DNA of 64,000 bases from Paragordius varius (taxonomy: Eukaryota; Animalia; Nematomorpha). Below the pieces are notes generated by a model. It was not told the origin of the DNA. It made no database searches and saw nothing but the letters and a program-made list of their open reading frames with translations. The stretch lies in NCBI GenBank assembly GCA_964247055.1, contig OZ176053.1:7812001-7876000 (forward strand). The letters run 5' to 3'. Numbering within the stretch: position 1 is the first letter of the stretch; each line of letters starts with the position of its first letter. The position numbers and the translations under genes were made by a program. Of this stretch, positions 48,059 to 62,685 are shown one piece after another.

Positions 48059-49701
48059 CAATGAATTATATAGAATCTGTTTTAACAACTTTAAACCGTT
48101 TTTTACCGTTTTTACCATGCTCCGAAATACCATAAAATACGGTTCATTAAAATGCTAAAAATTAATTTTTTAACAAAGTTTGCATTTTTTCAAATTTTTT
48201 TTTTGATGTTTTTACCATATAAAAAGTTGATTCTTATCGCAATATCTTATTTTGCGTTTACAAAACTAACCCATTTTAGAGAGGGCCAAAAATTCGATTT
48301 GGGAATTCATCCAAATAATTTATATATTATGAATATATTGTTTTGCTTTTACGTATTATATGATACTTTTTGATGATATTTATTGGAATGAAGCATTTAG
48401 CTTTCACCAAAAAATTTTTATTTAGCAAAACATGAGCAAATTTTGCGATTTATCGATATAAAGCAATTATCACAAAGTGTAATATTTTATTATATCATCG
48501 TAGGGCAAATCAAAAGCCAATCAGAAATGTAAATGGCAAGAAATTTTCATACTTAAAATAAATTTTTTAACGATGATGAATAATGTGGACCTAAATTTAT
48601 TTATGATCTAACACACATATAGTATAAAATGTTCAATAAGTTTAACAACTTACAATAGCATTCCCGGTTTATTAATACAATCGCATTCTTAATTTTGTGG
48701 ATACATTTTAAAACTTAAGGTGAATGAATACATTATATAAATATTGTTTGCAGTAGTGATTTTCAATAAATAATAAATATTTTTAATACCCAACTAATCC
48801 ATACTTCTAAGATATTTTTATTTTCATTGGTAAAATGATAAATAATATTTAATCTAAAAGTAATCAAAATATACGTTTTTAATTTACGGATATTCTTGAT
48901 TTATAATTTCCACAATCACATTAGCAAAGTATAAGAAAAATTATATTTTAAATGAGTATGCTCTGAATATCGCATTAACTATACTCCTTCGGTTTGTCTT
49001 AGGTTTCAATACCTATAAATTTATATGAAGTACACTAGAAAATCCCAAGTATATAAAATTTAAATTAAAACAGAAAATCCAACATATGAAAAATAAAAAT
49101 ATCGAATATTTAATTGTTTAGGTTATAAAAATTATTTAATAAAACATGAATGTTAAGATTTTAATAGTGAGTTTAATTGGTACATATATAAAAAACCATT
49201 TAAATATAATATAGACTAATACATATTAAGAGGCCCGGTAAAATCTAATTCGAATGAATTATATCTCGAAGTACACTTGAATTTATGACCAATTTGTACG
49301 AATTAATAAAAATTAATGGAGAGATCTATTATAAGCCATCTAATTAACGATAAATGTAATTACCCATAACTAATAGATTTATTTTAATTTGATCACGATT
49401 TTTTTATATTAATTTTATTAAAACCCTAAATATATGATTTTAGCTGTTTATAAATAGTAAATATCTGACAAAATCATAAATATTTATATTGTACCAAGTT
49501 TGTCGTTTTAACAATAAGAAAATGGCCCTCATTTTCGCACACTGTTATTTATGTTATATTTATCAATATAATTTATTGACTGATATAAATTACTATGTAA
49601 ACGTATATAAAATATCACAAATCATATTTAAAATGGTATTAGCAAAATGAGCGTATATTTGTGGAAGAACTAAATGCATATAAGAGATTGTTTAACCTTT
49701 T

Positions 49702-49780
49702 TCAACTATTTTGTAGCGGATCTGTTTCATCTTTGGCTAATAATATAAAAATATACTTAAAAACAAATTAGATTAAGTAG

Positions 49781-49819
<39 letters not shown>

Positions 49820-52800
49820 TACCAAATAATTTTTGTAATATAATATTTAGAAATATTTAATTTAGTTTAAAATCTAAAAATATGATAGATTTTAAGGGGA
49901 CTCATGCATACCTAAAATAGAATCATCCACACATGAATTCGCGGGTGCTGGCGGTGGAATTATATAAATATCATTTTTTAAGGGTATAGTTGTATCTAAT
50001 TAAAAAGTATATAATAATGGATGTATAAGATAAATTATATTTTTTGACGCCTATGCTATAGAAAAAATATGAAATCCTTAAAACTTTAAACCTTGCTCGT
50101 CGATTTCGTCAACATTTTTTAGTGGTTTTGTTGTGCGTGCAGAGTTTCTCGGTTTTAGATCTTTATTATGTTTTTTGTGGTAATACTTTTTCCCATTATG
50201 TAATGGAATTTCATTTTGGATTTTGATATTATTTACACCAAAACTTCCATCATTTAATACGGGACTGTTGTTGTTTCGGAAGGATTGTAAAAAATATCGC
50301 TTAAAAAATTGCGTAGATGAAGTCTAGATAACCAAAAATATGAAAATATAAATCAATAAAAAGTTGCACGGTATATTATAGGAAACAACATGATTAAAAA
50401 CACCTCATATTTCTTTAAAAAAAACAAATCGAAAAATTTGATATAGCCAATATTACATAATCTAAAAATAAATCGGTTTATATATTTATACCTGTGGTCG
50501 CAACATTCTTGTGGCTGGTTCATGATTTTGAAATAATGATACATTTTTGCGCTTTTGAACAGATGTATTAGAGGAAGTGGATGTGGTATAATGCCCATTT
50601 TGTTTGTTATTACCCATATTTCTTGGATTGTTTGATTCGTTTGGTTCTACAAAACAGAAAAAAGATATTAGAATTCAAAACATTAAACAAAAAATTGGTA
50701 AATCACTTACTTTTAAACACAATGTTAGATTTTTCGGCCAAATTTCGCATATTCAAAGTTTTTTTCTTTTTGCGTCTAATATTGGTCACAGGTTCTTTTG
50801 AATTCATAAGGCCATTCCGTTGAGTTGGCATGACATTTGGTGCGTGAGATGAAATCGTTTTTAATTCGTTTCTCAGGTGTGGTCCATATAAATTTTTTCC
50901 ATCAAAATTTCGATACCAAGCAGAAAACATTGACTATAACAATATTTATTTTAATATACTAGCTTAATTATTATCTAAAAAAACTTATCTAATGATTAAA
51001 ATTATATCAAAGAAAATCTGGAGGAAAACAATATGTACATTTTTACATAATAAAATAGCATGGTGAATGAATATAAGAGACCCTTAAACAAAATAATTGA
51101 TTTTAACACCGATTGATCTATTTCACACTATCATAGGTGATTTATATATATTTAATTATATTTTTATCATTAAATTTAGGGCATCCCTTATCCTTACTTA
51201 ATTAAACTTACGAGATATATCTCTCTTATAAAGCTAAGGTTTGGTTTGATGAAAAACCACAATTTAATTTTTATTATCATTCATTCTGCCCCGTGTTGTA
51301 AAACTAAGTAAAAACTAGTTAATTTATGATATACTACCGTGGAAGGTTGACGTTTCCGAAAACCAAATCCAACCGATGAAGCCAACGATGAAAGCAAAGA
51401 AGGGGGTGGGGCTGGGGGCATTGCATGATTGTGACCTCCCACCAAAGAATATCCTCCCATACCATTAATACCATTGCCATTACGATTACTATCATTATTA
51501 TTGTTGTTTGAGGAATGGTTATCAAACGCAAAATAATCACCATCTATATTTTTATGTAAAAATAAAACATTGGAAGAGTTAATAAAAATGAAAAGGGGGT
51601 ATGGTAAAGGCTTCAAGCTCGTAAGAGTTTTATAGAAATATACTAAAAATGTATTTTTATATATCATGAGTATGAGTTATAAAAATCACTTTAAAATGTC
51701 TGCATATATTGTTAAATATAATCAAATACAAAAGTTATAAACTTAAAAATGATAAAAATAATAAAAAAACGTTTTCATTTAAGCTTATATTAAGGTTTAT
51801 CCGGTTATGTGTGAAAGTAAATTAAGGGTTTATATCCGTTTATGTGTAAAGTAAATTGATTGGATATAATCTACCAGTGTTTGGTAAATTAAAAAGTGGC
51901 TTAAATTGAAAAAACTTATAAGGAATAGAAATTTTTTATTACTCTGTGATTGTATCTGTTGTTCATGTTGGAATTTTTGCTTTTTAAGCGGAGCGCCTGC
52001 ATTTATTAAAGATGGGATGAGTGGTGATAAATTACTATTATCATCATTTTCGCCGTATTCCTCGATGCCTTGAGCGGATTTATTATTATGGTGATTAACA
52101 TCATAAAAAGATGAGACAGAAACATTAGTTTTGGTTGTTTTACTATTGGTAGCGTTGAAATGGTTTGCATGCAAAGTTGTGTTAGCCAGTGGTTTAATAT
52201 TGGGTTCGTAGCCTAAAACAAGGAAATTTTATTATCTTATCTTGCAATATGAAATCCCGTGAAATTTTAAGTAATTACCATATTTTTTATGTAAATTAAA
52301 ATCAAATGAACAGAAAAAACGATGATAAAAACGGAAATCGGGACCACTGTGCGAAAAAAAGAGAGTTAATAAAATTACAAAACAGATAACCAAATTAAAT
52401 TTATAATATTTTCAATAAAAGTAAATTTGGTAAAGGATATTTCTGCATAATGTTTAGATATATACACACGGTAATAAGTCAATTTTATAACTTTTAGAAG
52501 CAATAAGCAATAACTGCAAACGAAATATCTATTATCACTAACGAAACCAATGTTCCAAACAAAAAAATGTTTTGTTCGCGATTTCGCATTATCAAAAAAT
52601 CAAAAAAATATTGATAAATTAATACACACCACCTTCATGTATTTTGCGATTAAAGGAGTTAACAGTTGATGTTAATTGAGAAGAGACATCTGATGCCGAT
52701 AACTTCAAAGGATTTCTTTGACCCAAATTTTGGGGTCTTGAGAAATAAGATGACGATGTCAACAAAGATGATGCGCCATGTGATTTTTTGTCTAAAACGT

Positions 52801-55800
52801 TTGAAAAAAATTAGAATTATATAACAAAATACAGAAAAAGTGGAAAAAATAAAATATTTTCTGATAAATAAAATCATATTTTTTTTAAATCTTGATGTTT
52901 TATTAGGTTTTGAAACATAAAGAGTTGAAATGTAAAATGATAGCACAATCATTGAATAATAATCTTGCAACCAGATTTATTTTATAAAAAACAATGATAA
53001 AAAAATATCGTATTCTTTAAAAAAATTAGTATTATTTTATATTCTTTATAATTAAATTCAAAAATTATACGCCATTTTACCAAATGCAATCGTTAATTAA
53101 TCTTTTTTTTAATATAAAAAAAAGCTTTATATCATACGTTGATTAAAAGCAAAGGAGCTAGGAGGTGGAGGGACAGGCATACGAACTGAGGACACATCAG
53201 AATTTTTTTGAGATAAATTTCTAAAGAAAGTACCATCGTTCAAATTTTTACCGGATTTTTCTATCAAATTATACAATTTAATGAATATTAATCTTGAAAA
53301 TATCATCAGCTTACAAAAACAAGAATAATAAAATGGGAATAATTTTTGCTTAATTTTACAAAATATGTGGTAGATAATAGCATTTCATGCAAAAAGAGAT
53401 AATTAAGTATTTAAACCAAATTCGCATAATTAATATTTTATAATATTTTAAAAATAATGCGCACTTGTTTTAATGCTTATGTTTGTTTCCAAGGTTGAGT
53501 TTACGGCATAATTTATTTGACCACCGCGTTTGGGTAATGGCGGTAATTTACGTTGATTAAATCGCCTGAAACCTATGAAATAATTAAATATAATTAATAA
53601 AATAAAAAACATAGACACTTACTTCACCATTATAAAAAAAATATTACCATATCATTATACATATAATTTAAACCAAAAAGAGATACCAATTAATTAAGAA
53701 GAAAATTTGTGGGGTAAAAAACATATTTACCCACATGATATTATAATTACTAAAGTAAAAATCATTCTAATCATTTTTGTAAAAACACCTTAATTAAAAC
53801 CGAAAAAATGCATCTATTATTTAATTTTATAACTGTAAATTTATTCATATTTTAAACAACATTATAAAATATTTGAATATATGAAAAATGTTAATTTTAC
53901 CAATTGGCACCGGTTCCGATTCGTCTCCCACATCTTCTTCTGTATCAAAATAATTGTCGCGTTGTGTACGATGTTTATAATCAACACCATTCAACCTTCC
54001 AGATTGCATAGTATCATCCAAGTTGTTATTGCTGAGAGGAAATATGTATATGGTTAATTTCAAAATAAAACTAAATTTATAATCCTGAAATATAAATGCA
54101 TTTCTAGCATGGTTTGGAACGGGACCAGTTTGGTCTGAATCTCGTATGACAAAAATAATAAATTTAAAATTCCCTTCCGTATAAAACCTTGAGGTTCCGG
54201 TTCTAATAAATGGTATAGGACTATAAACTATTCATTTAGCAAATTACGAAAAAATTTAGGCCCACAATAGTTAAGTAATTTGAAATACACTACCTTACCT
54301 TAATAATGAATTGGCTGGACCGTTTCCGAAAGGTGTACAACGGTGTCGAAATGAAGCATAAAACATAGCAATCAAGAGTATGATAACAAACATTCCAATG
54401 AAACCAAGGGCATACCTCATTTCCGTGGATCGAGTAGATAATGAACGTGTATTACTTTTCTTTGCATCCATTTTTTCTAAATTAACAATATTATTTGGTT
54501 GTCTTGATGATGCAGCATATTTATTACCATATTTATGGATATGTAATATGTTGTTTTTGATGCCTGATAGAGAGTTAAAAGGATCAGTATAATTGGCAGT
54601 GTCTAAAAGTGTATAAATATATGATTTACAAGGAGAATGTTAATTGTATTAAAAATTTAGTTATCATAATAATTACGAATCAGCCCAAGTTCAAATTACC
54701 GGGATTTATATGTTAGTGGTAACAGAATACTTTGGACTTTTTAATATTAAAGCATCAAGCTAGAGTTGTATAATGAGATTTTTAATAGTTTATTTAAGTT
54801 TAACAAGGTATTTGAAAGTTTTGATATATATAATTAGATCCATATTCTTATTAAATCACATAAAATAAGTGAAGTTTTAAATAAAAAGCAATAATAAGAA
54901 GTATAGCCTTCGAATTTCAAAATTTCCAGCTGTTTTTTCTTCTTTACATACCCACAATTTAATAAATATAACTATTATTTTTTTTATATAGCACACAAAC
55001 CTGTCAATAGGCCCGTGAATTTCCATGTATTAGATTTAGTATTTTATATTTACCGTTTTTACGCATTAGGAAACGTGTAAATTAAATTAAAAGCTATTTT
55101 TTGTAATTATACCCTTACCCCAAAAAACTACTATTCTCTTACATATGCAAAAATCTGACAAAAAGTGGATGGATTTCATCCTTATTTTAACTCATTACTT
55201 TGAAATAAAATATAAATTTATTTTTTTGGGGTCAACTCATAAATTAAAGACACACCTCAACAAAAATACGAAGCGCAAAACCTGACAAAAGTTAGGCCCT
55301 GAAATGTACAAGCCTTTCATGATTTTTTCCCAGTTTTTAAGCATTAAAACACTAGTAATTTAAATTAAAATCTATTCTTTTTTCCAACCAATCCCAAAGT
55401 AAAAATACTATTCTCTGCATACGTAAAAACCTACAAAAGATAAGATCATTTTATTCTTATTCTCAAACGTTTTATCTCATTACGTGGAAAAAAATAAAAC
55501 TGTATTTTCAAGCTAAAATACCAATATTATCACACTTTCAGCAAATACACGAAGCAGACAAGCCTAATCAAAGGTAGAGTTTTATCCTTTTCACCTTTAT
55601 AATTTAAACTGTAATATGTTCTTTTCATTAATCCAATCCAAAAATAAAACTATTATCTTTTTATATAGCAGGTACAGAAACCTGACAAAAGGTAGGCCCG
55701 TGAATGTGCATGCATTTCATGTTCGCCACAATCAATCTCATCACTGGCATCTGGGCAATCAATGTAGGTATCACAACGAGCTCGATCCCTCACACATAAC

Positions 55801-55980
55801 CAAGAGCTAGTCGTAGCGGAGGTGGCCGCCGTTGTTCTACCATCATTATTGCTATTCATTGAGGGATATATTATGGCATGGTGTGGATTGGCTTGATGAC
55901 ATCGGAAAAGATCGTGTTTGTGGCCCCCATACAAGGAACAATCAAAAGCACCGAATCCTGACACGATAGTTTGGGAAAAT

Positions 55981-56023
<43 letters not shown>

Positions 56024-59000
56024 CGCCTAAAATTGTCTTTTAAACATTTTATTACTCTGTCTAATATTGATAATATACATCTCTACCGTTTAAAATTACT
56101 TTAAATAATTTTCATCACTGTGGAAAAATTTATATACACCATTGGCACATTAAATTTACCCACTTAACTTTCAATTTATCCCCATGGATATTTTAAATTA
56201 AGGTTTGACCATTTAAATTCATCTAAATCATCCTTTAAACATTTCTTCCTACAAGTAAATTTTATGCTAAAGATATGTGTTTTAGGGAAAAATAAGTCAA
56301 TGAATTAAATTTTTAATATTAGTTTTTTCTGTTTAGTAATTAATTTGCATTAATTTAGTTCACAAAATAATAAAATATTATTAAAGTATTGAAATGTTAA
56401 AGGGCAAATTTGAGGTGTAAATGGTAGTTAACTCAAAACAATGTAATGGGCCCATAATTTGGTGAGTTAATTTATTTAGATAGATCCCATTAATATTATA
56501 AAATATTTCATCTTTTAAACATTTAAAAACAAAGGATATCCTTTGATTGTTGGCTAAAATATACAGTATGCACATTTCCTCTGGCTTATTCACATTAATG
56601 TTGGCCAATTGGTAATATATTAGGGTGTGTTATAAAACAAATTTTGCCTTTGTTGTTTATAACCATACACTACTAAGGTGCCAATTTGCCAAAACATAAA
56701 TGTTTCTTAAAAAATTCGATATAAAGGTATTCATATAAAATGCATACCATTGTAAAGTAACGGTTCTTCGTTATATCCATTAGCGGCAATATCATTTTTT
56801 ACTTTAACATCATAAGACTGTGCATTATATCGTAACAATTCATCCATTTTACTTTTAATTTTGTAATTGGATTTTATATTCTTAGCTCCTTGATTCACTA
56901 CAAATACAATAAAAATAAGTTTATAATGCAATATTTTTTGATCTTATACAGAGTTACATGCATACGGAATACAAGAATCCTATTATTTTGTCATTTACAA
57001 ATAAATATGGAGCTAAATTACTAATTTTCATAACCAAATTTGGTTTATCCTATTATAATATTTTTTTGCATGAAAATAAACCAAAGGGTCTTTATTAATG
57101 GATAAATAATTGAATATGAAATGATTTAAAATAATAAAGCAAATTAAATATAATCCAAATATATTAATAAATACCATTTGCATTGATAATTAATGGATTA
57201 TTTTTGTTTTTACAAGTTGTGAGACTTTCATCCGAACTGTCTTCACAATCAGGGGAACCATCACACTTCCAAGTTAAGGGGATACAATCAATAGCACCTG
57301 CCAAACATTTAAATTGATCGTTTGGGCAATCTCTGGGTTTGTTTTGACAAAACTATACGATTCATAAAAAACTAACTTAAACAACTTTAAAATCAAGCAT
57401 TAAAACCCAAGACATTTTGTCTTTGGATTCGATTTAATGCAATGTTTGATAAAAAAACGGTTACTAGCGAATAATTAACAGTTTTTTTGAGTAGATTTTG
57501 CGACGGCTCCATTGTGTTTAGGTGTTCAAACATATTTATATAAAATATAAAATTAACAAATTATATATAATATTATATTGTAAAAAACTATGAAAAATAT
57601 AACACAATCTTTTTAACCGCAGTTATCTGAAAACAGTTAATAAACGTTTTCGAATTCGCTCTTTGGTTATAAAATAAATTTCTAGTGTAGTTCCACAAAA
57701 GCCATAACAAATAAATTAAATAAGTACCTTAAGTTTTTGATTTGTATTTGTGCGGGATTTTTTCTTCCGTTGTGCAGAATCTGTGTTTGATCCAAGGCTT
57801 GGCTAAATCAAAAAGCATATAAAATAATTAATTTCATTAACCTAAAGCCACATTTAAACCAAAACATGACATACATTTTCAATCAGTATTTTATTCAAAG
57901 GGCATGAACATTGTACAGTGTTTTGGAGATATAGTGTAGGTGTCCTCATAACTTGCTGTGATGATGTATGTTGATTAGGAAGAATAGGGTGAATAACAAA
58001 TTGTTTATGTAATATGGCATTATGAGAATTTGGAGCATTTGTATCACTAAATGCGGGTGAAATACAGATATCAGAACAATTTCCATTATTGTAAAGGTAT
58101 GAGCAGGGATGGATTGCCAGGTTAAAACTAAAATCGCTACTTTGCCAATCTTTTTGCCCATATATATCGATGGCAGTGGAGTGACTCTGTATTTATATAA
58201 ATTATATAAAAAATGTTTTTTATGTTTTAAAAAAATTAAACACAATAAATGTACAGTTTTGTTTGGCCATATCCATAAATCATGATGTATAACCATCAAG
58301 CGTGTCGCTGATTGGAAATTGGTTAACGAATGGCCAGTTTTGTGAAAATTAACGTCTTTATCGTTGTATGATGGGCTCTCTATATGTCAAACAAAAAATT
58401 ATTACACTACATACACTATGACTATAAATACAATGCTAGTTTTTCATTAAATATTGGAGATAGGATTAACAATAAAAACACTATTATTAACTAGATATTC
58501 AAAAACTTAATTTACGTCAATATTAATGCTGCTATGCTATCTGGCAATGTGTTTAATGATAAATAGCCAAGAATTTTGACTAAACCTCTAAAAGTATTTT
58601 TCCGTAACTATAATCTAACAATTAATTATGCCTTTACAATATCTTTGCAAATAAACTTGTATATTTAGCGCCTTTCCCTATTGTCACACTATTTATGTGT
58701 GTTGCTTCTTTACTATCCAACCAATAAATGCTTCGTCCTTGAATAAGGGCTAATGCGATCGGATTCGTTGTCGTTGCACTAATGATACTTCTATCGCCAC
58801 CCAAAGCATCACAATTTTCAATAACGCCAAATTTGGCGTCGGCCCAATACAATCGTCGATTCACCGTATCAAATGTTATTGATGAAATATGACTTTTCTA
58901 AATTTAAAAATATAGTGAGTGATATTGTCAAATTATTATTTCAATATTCTATTTCATTAATAGAAAAATATAATACCCTAATCGAGATTTTAGGATATAT

Positions 59001-62000
59001 ATTTATTAGTTTAAAAAATTTAAAACTTTAAATTATTATCATATAATTGATTTGTTTGCCCTGTCTAAAAACGTTTCTAGAGTGAATCAAAGTTCGAACC
59101 TTTAAAATATTTTTATTGAGTAGGACAACGTTTTTTTTAGTTAAAAAACCTTTAAACTTAGTAGTATACTATTTTGGCTATCGAATTCCTTTATATTAAT
59201 AAAAAAATAATCGCTTTTAGTAAATTATTTTACAGAGTTAAGGAATAGGTGGACTTATTGAATACAACTATAAAAAAAGGAGCATTGATATCATAAGTTA
59301 AAAGGTTTTCAAAATATAAAGTAAACTCTATTAGTAGGTGGAACTATCAATGTTCGTTTCGTTCCATCATAAAGAATTCTTTCGATAGCCGGTCCTCCAT
59401 AACCTAGCGGTATGCGATTATTAGATGATGCCATATTTTTATGGACAAATTCCTGGACAAACAGTAAATCATTTACCCAATAAATGTATCTAAAAAAGAA
59501 AGAAATGGAACTTTTTAGAATATGACATATTTTTAGAGATAATTAAAGATTGGCTTTAAATGCGATATAATTAAAATGATAAAATTTGCTAATAGAATAT
59601 TCCAGTTTGCGTCAAATCAAATTAAAAAAGGTAACATAACAATTTTGTGCTAACCCAGAAACATAATCCATGGTTAAAATTGTAGGTGCAATATCAAGGT
59701 TAATGTGATGTTTAAATTGATATAAATGCGGATTCTTGGTATCAAACTCTTCAGGCTGCGTAGCCAATTTTTCATATCCGTTATCATTGGAAATGATTGA
59801 ACCTGAGTTGAAATATCCATCAAAAGCGAAAAGTAATTATATAACAATTAAAAACGATATACAGTAAAAGTTTAAAAAAAAGACAAAACGTAACTAAAAG
59901 AAATATATAAAAACCAGCCATACTTTTAAAAACTTGATTTCTTTAAATTATATAAATTACAGAAAACAATTCTTTTTTTAACTGCCATTCTTGTAAATTT
60001 AAATTTTTTTATTAAAGTATACAAATAGTTCTGAAAAAATTGCTCTAACACCTAAGAATTTTTTTATTTGGGTTTATAGATAATTTTTGGCTGATTTAAC
60101 ATTAAACTGAAATTCGAAATTAAAAGTTTCAGATATAGAGCCATGTATCGAATGGTAGTTGGTCATTTAAATCAATTTGTAAAAGTAATTTGGGTTTATA
60201 TGGTCAAAATTTTCAACACTTAAATAAATTAAAAAATTTTACGGACAAACTATTTAAAATAAATTATTTAATTAGGATTACATTAGTATTAAAAAAATCT
60301 TTGAACAAGCTTATTAGCTTTTAAAATAAAAATTATTATTCTTAAAATTATTTTACCTAGTGGATACTAAAATGCATAGTTATGACTGTAAATGTATAAC
60401 ATAATCGTTAAAAAATAAAAAATTACCTAACACTTTGTTTTAGTCTTTGAAATTTCGATATTAGCCTCGTAATGAAAATAAATTAATATTGATGAGATGG
60501 TAATTTTTTAAAAAACAAAAAACTTAAAAATAGCTGTTTTGAATGACATAAAAGCAATATATAAGTGTTGTAATCAAAAAAACTTTGGTTACTTTTTAGA
60601 TTCATTTCCATCTATACCATTTGAACTTCAAGAGTGTCCTTGAACACTTCAAGTTGGCCCTTGAACAATTCAAGTTGGTCCTTAAACAGTTCAAGTTGAT
60701 CCTTGAACATTTCAAGTTGGTCCTTGAACACTTCAAGTTGGTCCTTTTTCTTTTTTGTTTTGTTTTTAACTTTTATCAATCAAATCGTAAATAATTTATC
60801 TATTTTATTGTTTTTAACCTATTTTCTATTATTTAACATATATTTTAAATCGATATCAACTTTTAATCTTTGAGAAACCGTTTATCTTCATTAATTTCTT
60901 AAAATAATTTTGGATATTTATAAGATTTAAACATGAAATGAAAAAATATGTAAGTTTTCTAGGTTATTAATTAAAATTTTTCATTAAAAACAATTAAAAG
61001 TCAATAATTTTGTTCAATTGAAAAAAAATAGTTTGAAACAAAAAAGTGGTTTTTAAATAATTTTTTTTATTTTTAAATGAAAAAATATATAATAAATAAA
61101 GAAAATTAGGTTAATAATTAATAAAATAAAAAAATAAATGCAAAAATTATGGTTAAATCAAAATTTATAAATTTTAGGGACCAACTTGAATTGTTCAAGG
61201 ACCAACTTGAATTGTTCAAGGACCAACTTGAATTGTTCAAGGACCAACTTGAAGTGTTCAAGGACACTCTTGAAGTGCAAATGGTATACACAAAGTTTGA
61301 GCTATTTTCACCTATTACTTTAAAAAAAATATTAATTAAGAAAAACGCTCTCGCTTCGTGCGTTTGTTATTCCTATGTCCAATATTAACTATCGATGTAA
61401 AACAGATTAGTATGCATTTTATAGAGTTTATTACTCTTTCGAACGACATATTCCAAATGAACATTTGTTGTATATTTTCAGAGAAAAATATTTTTAGTAA
61501 AATTTTGATAAAGAGCGCTAAAAACCAAATATACGAAATTCTTAGGTGAAATTATAACTTTTATTTCAGATTTACTGTTAAAATAATAGTAAATATCAGA
61601 CACAAAAAACTGGCGTGGTAGAAAAATTTGTTGTCTAGTGTTATCGTTATAGGTTGAAATATGAAGAAGTAATTAGAAAAAATTCAATTCTACCTTTCAA
61701 CTTGTAATCATTTATGTTTTATAGAAAAATATCAGGGTGCACAAAAGTATAGTTGTATGTACGTTTGTTTTGCCAATAATTGATTTTTACTGTTAGCTAA
61801 AAAAAATTTAATTACCTATATAAGCACCAGCACCATTTCCATTACGATCATCCATCCAATTGAGGTATATGGCTTTAGTCCTTAAACATGTCCAAAAAAA
61901 TTGGCGAGTAACTGGATAAATTACCATATCATAAGGAAAATAATTATAAATTTCATTAATTCCATTCCCAGTCCCCGATGAGGTGGTAGACTGTTGAAAA

Positions 62001-62650
62001 TTATTTGAGATAATTGAAGGTGACTTATTTATACTATTTTCTATATTTTGTTTTGGATTAATAGTATTGTGATGTAATCGCATTTTACGCAATATTTCGG
62101 GATTAGGGTGAATAAAGTGAAAATTAGGCAGTAACATTTGAATTGTTTTCTAGAAATTGGTTAAAAATGTTTTTACTAATATTCAGGATTATTATTGATT
62201 ATGAAATGCAAAACTCAACAAATGGGTTGTTATGTGTTATTTTGCATTATAGGTGATTTTTTAAGGTCATAAAATATTATTATATTATTCTATATTTGGT
62301 TTATATTTTTTGTTAAAAACGGAATTAGGTAAAAATCAAAAGCCAATATGTGGAGTTGTTAATAATTGTTAAATATGAAAAATATACTATATCATTGTTT
62401 TCCTTTTGTCTCCATATGACGCCAAAATCTATCCAATATATGTATTTATCCCGATAATCATAATCAATAGCCGTTATATCTATTATAAGCAGGGCCATTT
62501 TTTTAAAAAATAAGCTAAAATTAAATAACAACATTTATGTTAAAAACTTAAAACAGCCTTTTCTGGTTTGATTTAATATAATTTTTTTCGAATGTCCAGT
62601 TAAATACGTTTCCAGCCAAATAAAACAAAATATAACCATGAAATTTGAAA

Positions 62651-62685
<35 letters not shown>

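Noticed and set aside
41427-48373. Numerous 60-95-aa I/F/L/K/Y-rich ORFs in introns and the PDE1-LRP spacer
   Set aside because: Composition is what AT-rich non-coding DNA gives by chance; no motifs or consistent splice phases.
60620-60745. 21-bp repeats as a CRISPR-like array
   Set aside because: The units are directly tandem without unique spacers, mirrored as an inverted arm, in eukaryotic context with no cas genes.
61149-61388. ORF with heptad repeat DQLELFK (leucine-zipper-like)
   Set aside because: It is the translation of the 21-bp repeat in a foldback arm, antisense in an LRP5/6 intron, with no splice or homology support.
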